DNA of 64,000 bases from an uncultured Gemmatimonadales bacterium (GTDB taxonomy: Bacteria > Gemmatimonadota > Gemmatimonadetes > Gemmatimonadales > Gemmatimonadaceae). Position numbers and translations under genes: made by a program. The stretch covers positions 192,001 through 256,000 of the forward strand of contig CAWBZV010000003.1 of NCBI GenBank assembly GCA_963793305.1. The letters are read 5' to 3'. Of this stretch, positions 1 to 11,682 are shown one piece after another (position 1 is the stretch's first letter; the number at the start of each line of letters is the position of its first letter). A model generated the notes under the pieces. That model made no database searches and was not told where the DNA came from. It saw nothing but the letters and a program-made list of their open reading frames with translations.

Positions 1-2707
1 TGCGATCATCGCCGGCGCCGACCGGCGGACGAATGACGATGCCGCCAGGCGGCGGCGAAAGACCGCCGTCCACGTGCACGCGCAGCGTGCCATGATCATC
101 CCATTCGTGGAACGACAGCACGCCAAATGGCGTATGGAGACCGGCAATGCGCACACCGGGTGTCAGCCACGCGCGCTGCACCCCGGCCCCGAGCACCAAC
201 GTGGAATCGTGATTCGACTCGTACGCGAACAGGTCGAGCACAGCCCGCACGAACTCGGCCGCCACCCACCCGTGCGGCCGATCCCCGATGACGTTCGGTG
301 CCGCCGTATCCCGAAAGACCACCTCTGGCCACGCATACCACGCGGCCGGGTGCAGATCGCGCATGCCGGCCGCGATCACCGGCCATGCATGCTCGCGATC
401 TCCGAGCCGTAAGAGCGCACCCGCATTACGGAACTCGTACGGCGTGTACGCCGGGATGCGACCGGCGAGCCGCAGCGCGAAGAGACTGTCGTACATAGTA
501 AAGGTCCGGCGAAGCTGCTCGTCGGGCAGGCCGCACTCGGTCGGAGACACACCGATCGCCGTCGATGTCGGATCGTAGTCATCGATGTCGACCGCCCCGG
601 GGACGAATGCGCCCGATCGCGCAATCGCGGCGTCTAAGTGCGCCGACAGCGTGTCCCGCTGTGCTATATAGCCGGCGTCCGTGTAGCCCTTGATCGCCCA
701 GCAATCATCCCACACCGAGTGCTCGGGTTTGGCTGAGTAGCCCTCGTGACTGATGGAGGGTGGGATGAGGCCGAGGGTGTCGTGATGCCGGAGCGAGTCC
801 ATATCGGCCACGGCCGCGAGGACATGCGGCCACACGGCCCGCAGCAGCGCCGAGTCACCGGTAGAGCGCGTATACTCGGAGACGAGCGCGATGAACTCGC
901 CGTCCGAGTCGAGCTCGGGCACGGGGTCGGCCCCGTGCGAGTCCACGCAACACGGGATGCGACCCGACGCATACTGATACGGCGCGAAATATTGGATGAA
1001 CTGACGCACGGTCGCGGTGTCGCCGACACGGAGGAGCGCGTCCGACATGAGCGCGCCGTCGCGAATCCATGTGCGATCGTAGGATCGCGGCCCAGGCTTC
1101 AAATGGTCGATCAGGATGTACCCGATGCTGGTCCGAATCGCCCGCGCGAGGTCGTCGACCGGCGGCGGGCCGTCGATCACGAGATCGCTCGACCACCGGT
1201 CACTCTTTCGTGTGCCCAGATGGACATCATGCGACTCGCCGGGAGCCAGATGCAGCGCGAACGTCATCGCGCCGGACGCGTACCCGTCCGGATCCTCTAC
1301 CACGCTGTTGCGCGGCAGTGAGCCACCAAACAAATACTCGGTGATATCGCCATCGGCGAACGTCGAAGCGCCCACCGCGGTGGGGCGCTCGCTCGGATGC
1401 AGCGAGAGTGGGTCGAGCGTGCGAATGGGCGTCGGCCCGCCAGCGACATTCAACGATTGCCAGGGCGGATCGACCTGAAACGGTCTTACCGCCAGGACTA
1501 GCGTCGGCGTGATGGCGTGTGCGCTCGTGTTCGTCACCCGATACCGAAGCCCTAGCGAGTCGTGCGTGCCATACCCGGTGACCATGAGCGACCAGTCGTT
1601 CGCTCTCCACGTCGCCGATGGAATTGGCCGATCGCCACTGTCCAGGGACGCTTCGGCGTGCACATCGGCCCACGAGATGACATGACCGTGATCGATCACA
1701 AACGGCTCGATGCCCGGCGTGCCGGCGCCGAGGTCCGCGTTGCCGTCGGTGTCCAGCAGCCCGGTGTGCGTGCCGTTTCGTGAGCCGAACACCGTCCAGT
1801 ACGGTTGCTCGCCGTGGAGATACCGCGGATACGCTCCCCTCGGCGCATCCCTCGCGATCATCGCGAAACGCCCGGCGACGGAGTCGGCGAACGCCGGCGG
1901 CTCGTCGTTCAGGTCGCGCACCGCGCCTGATTCCGGCCGCACACGCACGAATCGCGCGATGGCATCATCCAGCACCACGAAATCGTGTCCTCCGTGTCCG
2001 AGTCTCGCGTGCGCGACATGACGAACGACGCGCCACCGATCGCCATCGTCCGACAACTCGACGCGATAGCGCACCGGGCGATGAACGGTCGTGTCCCACG
2101 TGATGTCGAGTCCGCCCAGCTCGCTGTACGTGCGCAGATCGATGGTCCAGTTTTTTGGGTCGACGAACCGCGTGTCCTGAGATGGTGGGATCGTCGTGAT
2201 CGACAGTGCCTTGATCCAGATCGATCCTCGTCCGCCCGTCCCCGCGGCGATGGCGATCTCGATCGCGGCAACGTGATGGATCACTGGGCCGCCCGCGCGC
2301 ATCTCGCTTCCGCCGATTGGCCCAAAGGCAAAGCTCACCCGCCGACGCCGGACCGTGACGGGCGTCCACTCCGGCGTGAAGGTCATACCGGGACGCGCCC
2401 ACCACCAGACGTTGGCGCCGGTGGAGTCGATCATCTTGAATTGCAGCGTGTTCGGCGGCGAGTGGCCTTTAACGGAAAACCTGAACGCGTAGTTCTCCGG
2501 CAGATCGATCGCGAGGCGCCGCCTGGCGATCGCCCACCCGCCATGGCCGTGAAAGTCGAAGTCGATGCGCATGGCGCCCGAGTCGCGCGCCAATCGCATG
2601 CTCACGCCCTCCGCCGGCGCCACTACCCATGGCGCGATGCTCGCGAAATCGTCGAGCATCTTCGGTGGCGGTTGCAGGAATGCGAGCATGGCGAGCACGA
2701 CGATCAT
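1..2707 (-). CDS. Secreted discoidin/carbohydrate-binding-like plus six-hairpin glycosidase-like protein (runs off left edge)
   Basis: Absent from the ORF track, apparently because it has no stop in the window. Manual translation from ATG 2707 (ATGA overlap with permease stop) gives MIVVLAMLAFLQPP..., then KPGPRSYDRTWIRDG in the same frame, plus YTPYEFRNAGALLRLG and GDRPHGWVAAEF. Confidence 0.8.
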   Translation of the reverse strand, partial: MIVVLAMLAFLQPPPKMLDDFASIAPWVVAPAEGVSMRLARDSGAMRIDFDFHGHGGWAIARRRLAIDLPENYAFRFSVKGHSPPNTLQFKMIDSTGANVWWWARPGMTFTPEWTPVTVRRRRVSFAFGPIGGSEMRAGGPVIHHVAAIEIAIAAGTGGRGSIWIKALSITTIPPSQDTRFVDPKNWTIDLRTYSELGGLDITWDTTVHRPVRYRVELSDDGDRWRVVRHVAHARLGHGGHDFVVLDDAIARFVRVRPESGAVRDLNDEPPAFADSVAGRFAMIARDAPRGAYPRYLHGEQPYWTVFGSRNGTHTGLLDTDGNADLGAGTPGIEPFVIDHGHVISWADVHAEASLDSGDRPIPSATWRANDWSLMVTGYGTHDSLGLRYRVTNTSAHAITPTLVLAVRPFQVDPPWQSLNVAGGPTPIRTLDPLSLHPSERPTAVGASTFADGDITEYLFGGSLPRNSVVEDPDGYASGAMTFALHLAPGESHDVHLGTRKSDRWSSDLVIDGPPPVDDLARAIRTSIGYILIDHLKPGPRSYDRTWIRDGALMSDALLRVGDTATVRQFIQYFAPYQYASGRIPCCVDSHGADPVPELDSDGEFIALVSEYTRSTGDSALLRAVWPHVLAAVADMDSLRHHDTLGLIPPSISHEGYSAKPEHSVWDDCWAIKGYTDAGYIAQRDTLSAHLDAAIARSGAFVPGAVDIDDYDPTSTAIGVSPTECGLPDEQLRRTFTMYDSLFALRLAGRIPAYTPYEFRNAGALLRLGDREHAWPVIAAGMRDLHPAAWYAWPEVVFRDTAAPNVIGDRPHGWVAAEFVRAVLDLFAYESNHDSTLVLGAGVQRAWLTPGVRIAGLHTPFGVLSFHEWDDHGTLRVHVDGGLSPPPGGIVIRPPVGAGDDR

Positions 2708-3514
2708 CCCTTCACGCTGCCCATGGTAATGCCTTCGATATAGTAGCGTTGCAGGAACACGAAGGCCGCGAGCACGGGAGCGAGCGTGACGACGGCCCCC
2801 GCCATCATAAGCTCCGTGTCCTGCACATGCTCGCCGGTCAGGTTCGCCAGCGCCACCGGCAGGGTGTACTTCGCGTCATCGCTCAGCACGATGAGCGGCC
2901 ACATGAAGTCGTTCCACACGCTCATGAACATGAACACGGCAAACGTGACCAGGATCGGCCGCAGGAGCGGCAGCACAATGCGCCCAAAGATCACCAGCTC
3001 GCTCGCCCCGTCGATACGCGCGGCGTCGAGCAGCTCGTCGGGAATCGACAGCGCGTACTGCCGGACGAGAAAGATCCCGAAGATGCTGGACATCGACGGG
3101 ATGATCACCGCCCAGTAGCTATTCACGAGATGCAGCTGCTTCATGATGACGAAGAGGGGCAGCATGCCGACCTGCGCGGGGATCACGAGCCCGGCGAGCA
3201 TCGTCCGAAACAACGGATCGCGCCCGCGGAACCGGAATTTCGCGAAGGCGTATCCGGCCATCGCGTTGATAACGGTCGAGAGCCCGGTCGCGGCGAACGA
3301 GACGATCACGCTGTTCATGATATTCCGCGCGACGTTCGAGCCGCGTGAAGAGAATCCGATAGTTCTCGAGCGTCGCCGGCCGCGGGATGAAATGCGGCGG
3401 GTACGTCGTTGCCTGGCCGGCGGGCATGAACGATGCCGCCACCATCCAGATGAGGGGCGCGAGCGTGGCGACGGCGCCGGCAATGAGCGCGAGATGCAGC
3501 GCGAGGCGCTTCAT
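2704..3514 (-). CDS. Carbohydrate ABC transporter permease (MalG-like), 1-nt frameshift at ~3335
   Basis: EAA-loop-like IPDELLDAARIDGASE and WNDFMWPL; N-terminus MKRLALHLAL joins after removing one base in GACGTTCG (3331-3338). Confidence 0.9.
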
Positions 3515-4374
3515 CGTCTGAGCCGGCGCTGGATGAGCGTGCCGCCGAGCACGAGGGCAAACAAGACGAACGCGATCGACGCCGCGTAGCCCAGGTGCCA
3601 CCACCGGAACCCTTCCTCGTACATGTACAGCACGATGCTGTACGTCGCGTGCAGGGGGCCGCCTTGCGTCATGACGTACGGCTCGGAGAAGAGCTGCGTA
3701 TACCCGATCATCGTGGTCACGGACACGAACAAGAACGTGGGCCCGAGCATTGGCAGGGTCACGTACCGAAATCGCTGGATGGCGCTGGCGCCATCGACCA
3801 GCGCGGCATCATAGAGATCTTGCGAGATCGCCTGGAGACCCGCGACGAAGATCAGCATGTTGTAGCCGAAATTCTTCCAGACGGTCATGAGAATGATCGA
3901 CGGCATGGCCCAGTGTCGGTTACCGAGCCAATCGATCGGCCGCACTCCCACAAAATGCAGGAGATAATTCAGCAGGCCGAATCTCGGGTCATAGAGATAC
4001 CGCCAGATGACGGCGACCGCGACGAGGGTGGTCACGACGGGTACGAAGTAGACCGCGCGAAAAAACCCCCTGGCCCTCGTGAGTTTGGAATTGACCAGGA
4101 GCGCTGCGCCGAGCGAGACCGCGACCGACAACGGGCCGCCCACGACCACGAAATACAGTGTGTTGCCGACGGCGGTCCAGAAGAGCGGGTTCTGTAAGAG
4201 CTCGGCGTAATTGCGGAGCCCGACAAATCGCGTATTGGCCGGCGAGGCCACCGCGTAGATATCGAAATCCGTCGCGCTCAACGCCAACGAGGCAAAAATC
4301 GGAACAACAAAAAACGCCGCGATGAGTAGCATCGCCGGCGCTAAAAACCAATATGCCGCTCGACTAGTGTGCAC
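3511..4374 (-). CDS. Carbohydrate ABC transporter permease (MalF-like)
   Basis: LYDAALVDGASAIQRFRYVTLP motif and TM segments; GTG start at 4374. Confidence 0.92.
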   Translation of the reverse strand: MHTSRAAYWFLAPAMLLIAAFFVVPIFASLALSATDFDIYAVASPANTRFVGLRNYAELLQNPLFWTAVGNTLYFVVVGGPLSVAVSLGAALLVNSKLTRARGFFRAVYFVPVVTTLVAVAVIWRYLYDPRFGLLNYLLHFVGVRPIDWLGNRHWAMPSIILMTVWKNFGYNMLIFVAGLQAISQDLYDAALVDGASAIQRFRYVTLPMLGPTFLFVSVTTMIGYTQLFSEPYVMTQGGPLHATYSIVLYMYEEGFRWWHLGYAASIAFVLFALVLGGTLIQRRLRR

Positions 4375-5585
4375 GCGCCAGCCAGCGGCGCTTCTCCAGC
4401 ATCCGATCGAACGTCGCGATCGAGCGCCTCGAGCGCCTGGTCTTCCGTCATATCCCCGCGAACGACCTCCTCGGCGTACCGCGCGACCGCGGTCACGATC
4501 TGCTCCCACTCGGGCACCTGGGGTGTCGGCGCGACGTGCCGCAGCTGCTCGCGAAACGCCGCGGCGTACCGGTTCGTATCGAGCACCGGATCCGACCACG
4601 CGGATTCGCGCGCGGGCAAATCTCCCGTCAGGGTATAAAAGCGAACCTGCACCGCGGGCTCCGAGAGGTATGCGATGAGCGCGCGGGCCGCTCCCTGATG
4701 CGCCGAGCGTCGGAAAATGGCGAGGCTCGAGCCGCCGGCGAGAGACATGCCGGGCGCTGGCGGGTCAGGCGACGGCATCGGCGCGGTCATCCACTTGCCG
4801 GCGAGTGACGCCGGCAGCCGGCGCGAGAACTCGCCGATGTCCCAGGGGCCGGAGAGTATCATCGAGAAATCGCCGGCGGCGAACGACTGATAGCGGTTCG
4901 CGACCTGCGCGTTGTTGACCGCCGGCGCGAGGCCGCCGCGGAAGAGATCGACGTAGAACGCGAACGCCCGACGAAATCGTGGTTCCTGGAATGCGCCATG
5001 CAGCCCGTCCGGCGTCAAGAACGGCGCGCGCGTGCCCATGCCGAGCACGATCGGCCCGGCCCATTCGTTGAGCGCGAGGAGGATGGCCGCGCGATCGCCG
5101 CGCACTTTGACCATGGCCTGGCGCCAGTCGGTCCAGAGCGTCGGGAACGTCTTGTATCCCGCGGCAGCCAAGAGATCCGAGCGATAGAAAATCACGCGGG
5201 TATCGACGTACCACGGAATGCCGTAGAGCGTCCCGCCGATTTCGTTCGTGCGCCAGATGCCCGGGAAGTAGTCTTGGCTGTCGGCGGAGAGCGGCGCGAG
5301 CGCGGCGAGGGCGACGAATTCCGGGAGCCAGGTGTTGCCGATCTGCGCCACGTCCGGTGTCGCATCACCGACGAACGCAGTCAGCAGCTTCTCGTGCGCC
5401 GCGGTCCACGGGATCTGCTGAACGGTGACGCGAATGTCCGGATGCCTGCGCTCGAACTCCGGCAGGAGTTCTTTCAGTACTTCGCCCTCGCGGCCGAGCC
5501 CCCAGACTTTCAACGTGACGGCGCCGCTATCGCGACCGCCGCACGCCGACACGAGGAGCACCAACGCGAAGACCAGCCACCTCAT
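4364..5585 (-). CDS. Sugar ABC transporter solute-binding lipoprotein, frameshift near C-terminus (~4410)
   Basis: Lipobox-like LLVSAC; QQIPWTAAHEKLL and YGIPWYVDTRVIFYR; corrected end LDRDVDRMLEKRRWLARAH*. Confidence 0.9.
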
Positions 5586-7090
5586 GGGATCAGCTCGTGC
5601 TCCGCGATCGGTGGCGGCGGAGGTGGCTGAGACGGGAGCTTCGGCGGCTCCGGTACGGGCCCGGCTTGGTCGAGCCACCCGCCGGAGAAGCCCGCGCGCC
5701 GCAATCCACGGATGATATAGGGGCTCTTTTTCATCGTATTCCAGACGAGCCCCGACCGATAGTTCTCGATCATCGAGACAATGGGCCCTTCGTCTATCCC
5801 GAGGTAATCCGAGTCGAACCATCCCTGTGCCGGATCGACGCGACCACCGGCCACGGGGACCGGCGCGACGAACGTCGGATTGAACGCATCGACGAACCCG
5901 TAGGTCGAGAACACGTTGTCCCCGTACTTGTGCCGGAGGCCAAGCAGCGCGGGAATGACGATCTCGGGCGCGAACACGACGGACCCACCGATGGCGGTCG
6001 GCGCGATGGTCCCATCGTCGACGACGCGCACGGTGGACACCCCTCGCGCCCAGTACGTATGAAATCGTCGTCGTTTCCCGTCGAGGACGAGCGTCGTCTC
6101 CGCGGGCCCATCGCACGCGGTAAATCCCCACACGTCGGGCCCATACCCCACGTACCCGAGCGAATCGGCGATCGCGTACGTCCGCTGCGCATACGTCGCT
6201 CGTCGCGAGTTCTCGAAGTAGTCGCTGCCGTGGGCCCTCATGTACTGATCGGCGATGTTGCGGAAGTCGATCCAGACGTGCGAGTACTGGTGCCCGAACA
6301 GCTGCGGGAATTGCAGGAACGATTGCCCGTAGAACGTGCCCCAGCGATACGTCCGTTGATACTCGGGCCACGCGTCCGGCGAGATCGGGTGCGTCGGGGA
6401 GCCGAGCGCGAGCACATAGAGGACGGCGGCCTCGTTGTACCCGCGCCAGTCGTATGGAAAGAACCCGCTGTCGGGCGTCCACCCGAGCGTGAGCAGCGGC
6501 GGAAAGTTCTGCGCCCACCGCCAGTCGACTCTCCAGTACAGCGAGTCCGCATACGCGCGGATCTCGGCTTCGTCGGGAGTCGACGAGTCGAAGTACTCTC
6601 CGGCGAACAGCGCGCCGACGAGCAAGAGCGCGGTATCGATGGTCGACAGCTCGGACGGCACGAACCGCCGGCCGTGCTTCATGTCGAGGAAATGATAGAA
6701 GAAGCCCTTGTATCCGATCGTGCCCGTATCGGCCGGGCCCTGGGGCGCCAGCCACAGATACTTGAGCGTGGTCAGCACGCGCTTGGCGGCCGCCCCTCGC
6801 GTGATATACCCACGGCTCGCGCCGATCGGGTACGCGGTGAGCGCGAACCCGATCGCGGCGACGGACGAGAAGGTCGGCGAGAGCGCCCGGTCAGGCGTCA
6901 GGCCGGTCGTCGAATCGGAGACCTTCCAGAAGAAGTCGAACGACCGGCGCTCGACGGTATCGAGGAACGCCTGGCCGGAGAGGCCACCGGGAATAGGGGT
7001 CGGCGCAATCACCACGGGCCGCACTGGCGCGCCTCCGCAGGCGGCCAGTGCGGTCACGAGTGCGAGCGCGCCAGCTCGTCTCGCAATCAC
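5582..7090 (-). CDS. GH144-like ('glucoamylase family') lipoprotein, probable endo-beta-1,2-glucanase
   Basis: STIDTALLLVG, WRGYNEA, LFGHQYSHVWIDF, WGFTACDGP and YLGIDEGPI motifs; LAAC lipobox. Confidence 0.8.
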   Translation of the reverse strand: MIARRAGALALVTALAACGGAPVRPVVIAPTPIPGGLSGQAFLDTVERRSFDFFWKVSDSTTGLTPDRALSPTFSSVAAIGFALTAYPIGASRGYITRGAAAKRVLTTLKYLWLAPQGPADTGTIGYKGFFYHFLDMKHGRRFVPSELSTIDTALLLVGALFAGEYFDSSTPDEAEIRAYADSLYWRVDWRWAQNFPPLLTLGWTPDSGFFPYDWRGYNEAAVLYVLALGSPTHPISPDAWPEYQRTYRWGTFYGQSFLQFPQLFGHQYSHVWIDFRNIADQYMRAHGSDYFENSRRATYAQRTYAIADSLGYVGYGPDVWGFTACDGPAETTLVLDGKRRRFHTYWARGVSTVRVVDDGTIAPTAIGGSVVFAPEIVIPALLGLRHKYGDNVFSTYGFVDAFNPTFVAPVPVAGGRVDPAQGWFDSDYLGIDEGPIVSMIENYRSGLVWNTMKKSPYIIRGLRRAGFSGGWLDQAGPVPEPPKLPSQPPPPPPIAEHELIP

Positions 7091-7104
7091 TCCTGAACAG
7101 TAAG

Positions 7105-10036
7105 CTAGAAATCGTACTTCACACCCGCCTGGAACGTGCGACCCTCATTATTGAACCCGGCGCACTGGAGGACCCCGATCGAGGACGCTCCGGTTTGCGG
7201 GATGAACGCGCTCGGGCAGGCACGGTTCGCCAGGTTGAACACGTTGAACACGTCCATCGTCAACCCGACCTGCTGCGAGCCGACGATGTGGAAGAAGCGT
7301 TGGATGCGGATGTCGTCTTGATAGTACGCGAACGCGTTCGAGACGCCGAGGAAGTCGTGCTTGGGCACGTAGTATGATGAGTACTGGATGTAACAGCCAT
7401 AGATCGGGTTGTTGTACACCTTGCAGTTCGTGATATCGAACGGCGAGCCCGAGCTGAAGGTCACGATGCCGCTGACCAGGAAATTGAGCGGCAGTTTTAC
7501 CACCGCGTTCCCCGAGAGCACGGACCGCTGATCGGATGGCGTGGGGTGGCGCGGATAGCTGCTCGGCTCGGGGCGGTCGAGCGAGTAGACGTTGCCCCCG
7601 CCATCGCCACCGTTGTTATCCGCCCAGCTCAACGTATAGGAGATCCACCCACCCCACGTGGTCCTGGGCGTGAGCGGGCGCTCGACTTTGAGAATCATCG
7701 CGTCATACCAGCTATCGACGCAGCCACACGCCCGGAGGATCTGGCGCGCGCCGCCGCTACACGACCCCGCGTAGCAGAACGTGAATCCCGGTTGGTTGAA
7801 ATCGCGATTCGCCCAAAGGTACGTGAATCCATTGAAGCCCCGCGATCCCTGGTACATCTCCGACAGCGCGAACGTGCCAATCACTTGACGCAGACCGCCG
7901 CTGAAGTTCGTCGACCACGGCGGGCGAATATTGTTAGGCGTCAGGTAGAGCTGACTCGGCGGCGCCTGTCCCGACGCGATGATGCCGAGCAATCCCTGCT
8001 TGCTCTGATAGGACGGGTTCCAGACGATCTGGCCGGGGCCGGGCGTTGTCCCCTGGGGCACGAACTGGAAGTTCGTGTTGTGCCACTGCAGGTTGTACGG
8101 TTCATTCGAGGTATAGTAGTAGTTGTCCCGGTCGTAGAAGATGCCCCAGTTCCCGAAAATGAAGAATTGCCCCTTTCCAGTGAGATCGTACGACGCACTC
8201 GCCCGCGGCTGCCACTCGCCCGTAAACGGAGGGCGTTGACCGCCGTTATTGAAGTAGTTGGACGAGATCATTCTGGTTGCCCTTGGAGTCGCGAATCGCG
8301 AGCAGTGTGTCCTCGAGGGCGCGATTCGGCCAGACGAAATTGTTCTGGAACTCGTTCGACTCGTAGTCCCACCGCAGGCCGACGTTGATCGTGAGGCGGT
8401 CGTTCACCGTCCAGTTGTCCTGCACGAACCAGCCGAACTCGTTGTTGTCGGCGCTCAGGTTCGGATTGCCATACCCGATCGACGCCGAGGCGGGGACCGT
8501 GACGTTGCTGTCCGGATTGATAAAGTTGAAGACCGGGTTCTCGTTCAGCTCTTTAAAGATGTGATAGTGGTCGTACGCGTAGGTCACGCCGACCTTGAAG
8601 ACGTGATCGCCGAGCGCGTGGAATCCCGAGTAGGTGAGATCGTCGTGGAAGCGGTAGGTATTCTGCTCGAAGAGCTGATACGTCGTGCCGCCGCCGAGGG
8701 TCAGTAAGCCTTGGTAGTTCAGCTGCGGCAGGGTGGGATTGATCGGCTGCGGATTCCACTTCGTGAACTGGGCTTCGACCTGTGCCTCGTTGAGCCAGTG
8801 ACCCGGGCTCCAGATGTCGCGCAGGGTGGTCGTGTTCACGTCGTTCAGCAGGTTGGTCCCCGTGCTTTGCACGTCCTGGTTCCCCCCATTGACATTGCCA
8901 TAGCCACCGGGATCGGTCGTATGGTTGAATGTCTGGGTCAGCTCCAGGTGCTGCTCCGGCGTCGCGTCGAACGACAGCTTGCCGAAGATGTTGCTTTGCC
9001 GAAAATCCTGATATTGCGTCGAGATGTACTGCTGGGGATTGAGCGAGCGCGCCGCGCCGAGCGAATCGCTGTTGGGAAAGATGCGCGTGGCGTAGTTCGT
9101 GTACGTGCCTTCGTAGCTGGCGAAGATGTGGAGCTTGTCCTTGATGATCGGGCCGCCGATGCTCACGCCGTCCTGCAAGCGCGCGATATTTGGCGGCGGC
9201 GAGCCGGCGATCGTGCTCGCGTAATCCCGACGGATCATCCACGGCGCCTCGCCGTAGCCGAAGACACTCCCGTGCCACTCATTGCCGCCGGACTGCGTCA
9301 CCGCCTGGATCAGCCCGCTGGTCGCGTACTGATACTCGGCGTTGAAATTGTTCGTGAGCACCTTGAATTCCTGAATGGCATTTTGCGGGAACAGATTGCC
9401 CCGGTTCGTCGTCTGGCCGGCGACGCCACCGTTGAGCACGTCGTTCTTATAGCTCGCGCCATCGATGACGACGTTCACTTGGTCGAAGGTCGCCGCGCCG
9501 TAGCCGAACGTCGCCTGATCGTTGGGCGGCACCGGCTGCTGCGTACCCGGGACCAGCTTCGTCAGGTCGAGGAAGTTGCGGTTGTTCTGCGGCTCGTTGT
9601 TGATTTGGCCGACCGACACCGTCGTTGCGACTTGTGGATCGCGCGCTTCGCTCGCCGTGTTGCGTGATGCGTTGACCTGGACTTCGGCGAGCTGGACGGT
9701 CGTGGCCGACATCTGGAAGTCGACTCGCGGCTGGCTCGCGACGTGGATGCGCAGGGTGTCGGCTTGCGGGCCGTAGCCAATGACCACCACGCGAATCAGG
9801 TACACGCTCGGCACGAGTCCGCCGAGATAATAGAAGCCATCCGAACCGGTATGGGTGGTGCGCACGTTCCCGGCATTGAGATCGCGCACCGTCACGGTGG
9901 CGTTCGGAAGTGGTGCTTGGCCCGTTCCAGTGACGAGCCCTTGGAGGCTTGCGACCTCCGTTTGTGCGAACATGCGCGGTGCGTAGAGCGTCAATGCCAC
10001 GGCGCCGAGCGCCGGAATCCAACGTGAAACGACCAT
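7105..10036 (-). CDS. TonB-dependent receptor with N-terminal carboxypeptidase-regulatory-like domain, frameshift at ~8271
   Basis: Signal peptide, IQEFKVLTNNFNAEY plug-region motif, FVQDNWTVNDRLTINVGLRWD, terminal GVKYDF; two ORFs joined by removing one base. Confidence 0.88.
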
Positions 10037-10068
10037 CGCCCTGCCCTCACCACCGGTTGTGAACTCTG

Positions 10069-11070
10069 TTAACCCCCGCCACACGACTGTCGGACCACCA
10101 GCGTCGTTGGCAATACGAGCTGTTGCCGCTCATGGCGATTCTTCTCTTGCACCGCCGCCAGCAACACGCCCATCGCGCGCGCACCGAGCTCGCTGATCTC
10201 GACATGCACTGAGGTCAGGGGCGGGCTCATGTAGCGGGCCATGGGGATGTCATCGAAGCCGGCCACGGCGATGTCACTGGGGACCGAGAGGCCGATCTCG
10301 CGAAATGCGGAGAGCGCGCCGATCGCCATGACATCGTTCGCCGCGAAGACCGCGGTCGGTCGCGGCGACAATGCCGCGATCGCGCGCGCGGCCCGGTAGC
10401 CGCCGGTCTCGGTGAAATCCCCAAGAATCTCCCAGCCCTCCTGCTGTTCGGCGCCAGCGTCGCGGAGTGCCGCTCGATATCCGCGCAACCGTTCGCGCGC
10501 ATCATAGTTGCGCGACGACCCGGTGATGATCGCCACGCGCGTGCCGCCGGTGGAGAGCAAGTGGCGCACCATCGCGTACGCGCCGCCAAAATTGTCGACG
10601 CTGATGGCATCGTACGTCGTGCCCTCGACCGCGCAGTTGAGCAGCACGACCGGGAGACTGTCGGGCAGGTTCGCGGCGAGCGTGGGGCCGTCGATGTCCG
10701 GGGACATGACAATCAGCCCATCGACCCGTCCCCGCATCGCGCGGATCGCGTCCTCGATGCGCGCTTGACTTTCGTGTGAGCTCGACACGAGCACGTGATA
10801 ACCATTGTGCTGAGCGGTCTGGTCGATGCCGCGGATGACTTCCGAGAAGAACTCGCCGTAGAGGTCCGGTAGGAGCACGCCGAGGGTGTTCGACTTGGCG
10901 GTGATGAGACTGCGCGCAGCGCTATTCGGCGAGTAGCGGAGCGCACCGGCGACTTCGCGGACGCGGGCGCGGGTTTCTTCGTGTACCGGGCCGCTGTTGT
11001 TGAACACACGAGAGACGGTCGCCACCGACACGCCCGCCGCGCGGGCAACATCACGGATTGTAGCGGGCAT
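10069..11070 (-). CDS. LacI-family transcriptional regulator
   Basis: [32 protein letters not shown] hinge, sugar-binding domain. Confidence 0.95.
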   Translation of the reverse strand: MPATIRDVARAAGVSVATVSRVFNNSGPVHEETRARVREVAGALRYSPNSAARSLITAKSNTLGVLLPDLYGEFFSEVIRGIDQTAQHNGYHVLVSSSHESQARIEDAIRAMRGRVDGLIVMSPDIDGPTLAANLPDSLPVVLLNCAVEGTTYDAISVDNFGGAYAMVRHLLSTGGTRVAIITGSSRNYDARERLRGYRAALRDAGAEQQEGWEILGDFTETGGYRAARAIAALSPRPTAVFAANDVMAIGALSAFREIGLSVPSDIAVAGFDDIPMARYMSPPLTSVHVEISELGARAMGVLLAAVQEKNRHERQQLVLPTTLVVRQSCGGG

Positions 11071-11073
11071 GGG

Positions 11074-11087
11074 TGGAAACGGTTACA
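11074..11087. promoter_or_regulatory. LacI-type operator TGGAAACGGTTACA
   Basis: Fits the LacI/CcpA-type palindrome TGNAANCGNTTNCA, 3 nt before the lacI ATG; TTGACA on minus strand at 11102-11107. Confidence 0.7.
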
Positions 11088-11149
11088 GCGATAACTCTCG
11101 TTGTCAAGAGTCAATCGCGCAAGCTGAACAATATCAGTACCTTGCCAGC

Positions 11150-11650
11150 ATGACCGCTGCCAAGACCGATGACGAGAAGAGACTCGTCCTACAAGTCATC
11201 CAGCCGGGCCTGCTCGGCCTGATGGATGGGTCGGTCTCGACCCTCGCACCCATCTTCGCCGCCGCCGCACTCACCGGCCGGCCCGCGAGCGCCTTCTTCG
11301 TCGGCCTCGCCGCATCGCTCGGTGCCGGCATCTCCATGGGACTCGCCGAGGCGCTCTCCGACGACGGCACCGTCACCGGTCGCGGCAACCCATGGGCCCG
11401 CGGCGCCATCACCGGATTCGGCACCGCGATCGGCGGCATGTTCCACACGCTGCCGTTCCTCATCCCGAATCTTCAGCGCGCGCTGCAACTCGCGTACGTC
11501 GTCGTCGTACTCGAGCTACTCTCGATCGCGTGGATTCGCTACCACTTCATGAAGGGCGGCCTCGCGTCGACGATCGGTCAAGTGATCGTCGGCGGAGGCC
11601 TCGTCTTCGCCGTCGGCGTGTGGCTCGGCAAGCTCGGCGCGGCGCCGTGA
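11150..11650 (+). CDS. VIT1/CCC1-family iron/manganese transporter (membrane domain only, MbfA C-terminal-like)
   Basis: [22 protein letters not shown] and [16 protein letters not shown] motifs. Confidence 0.85.
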   Translation: MTAAKTDDEKRLVLQVIQPGLLGLMDGSVSTLAPIFAAAALTGRPASAFFVGLAASLGAGISMGLAEALSDDGTVTGRGNPWARGAITGFGTAIGGMFHTLPFLIPNLQRALQLAYVVVVLELLSIAWIRYHFMKGGLASTIGQVIVGGGLVFAVGVWLGKLGAAP

Positions 11651-11651
11651 C

Positions 11652-11682
11652 AACTTGAGGTCACAGTTTGTGACCTCAAGTT
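11652..11682. repeat. Perfect 14-bp inverted repeat (AACTTGAGGTCACA-GTT-TGTGACCTCAAGTT), possible bidirectional terminator; second copy inside ORF6N
   Basis: Read directly; lies between convergent stops; 27/31 identical to 11978-12008. Confidence 0.9.

Noticed and set aside
74..2743. Many short ORFs in the track over 74-2743
   Set aside because: They are shadows of one long minus-strand ORF that runs off the window edge
4341..6755. 804-aa ORF as a single fusion protein
   Set aside because: Its N-terminal half is an alternate frame over the GH144-like gene; the real solute-binding protein starts at 5585
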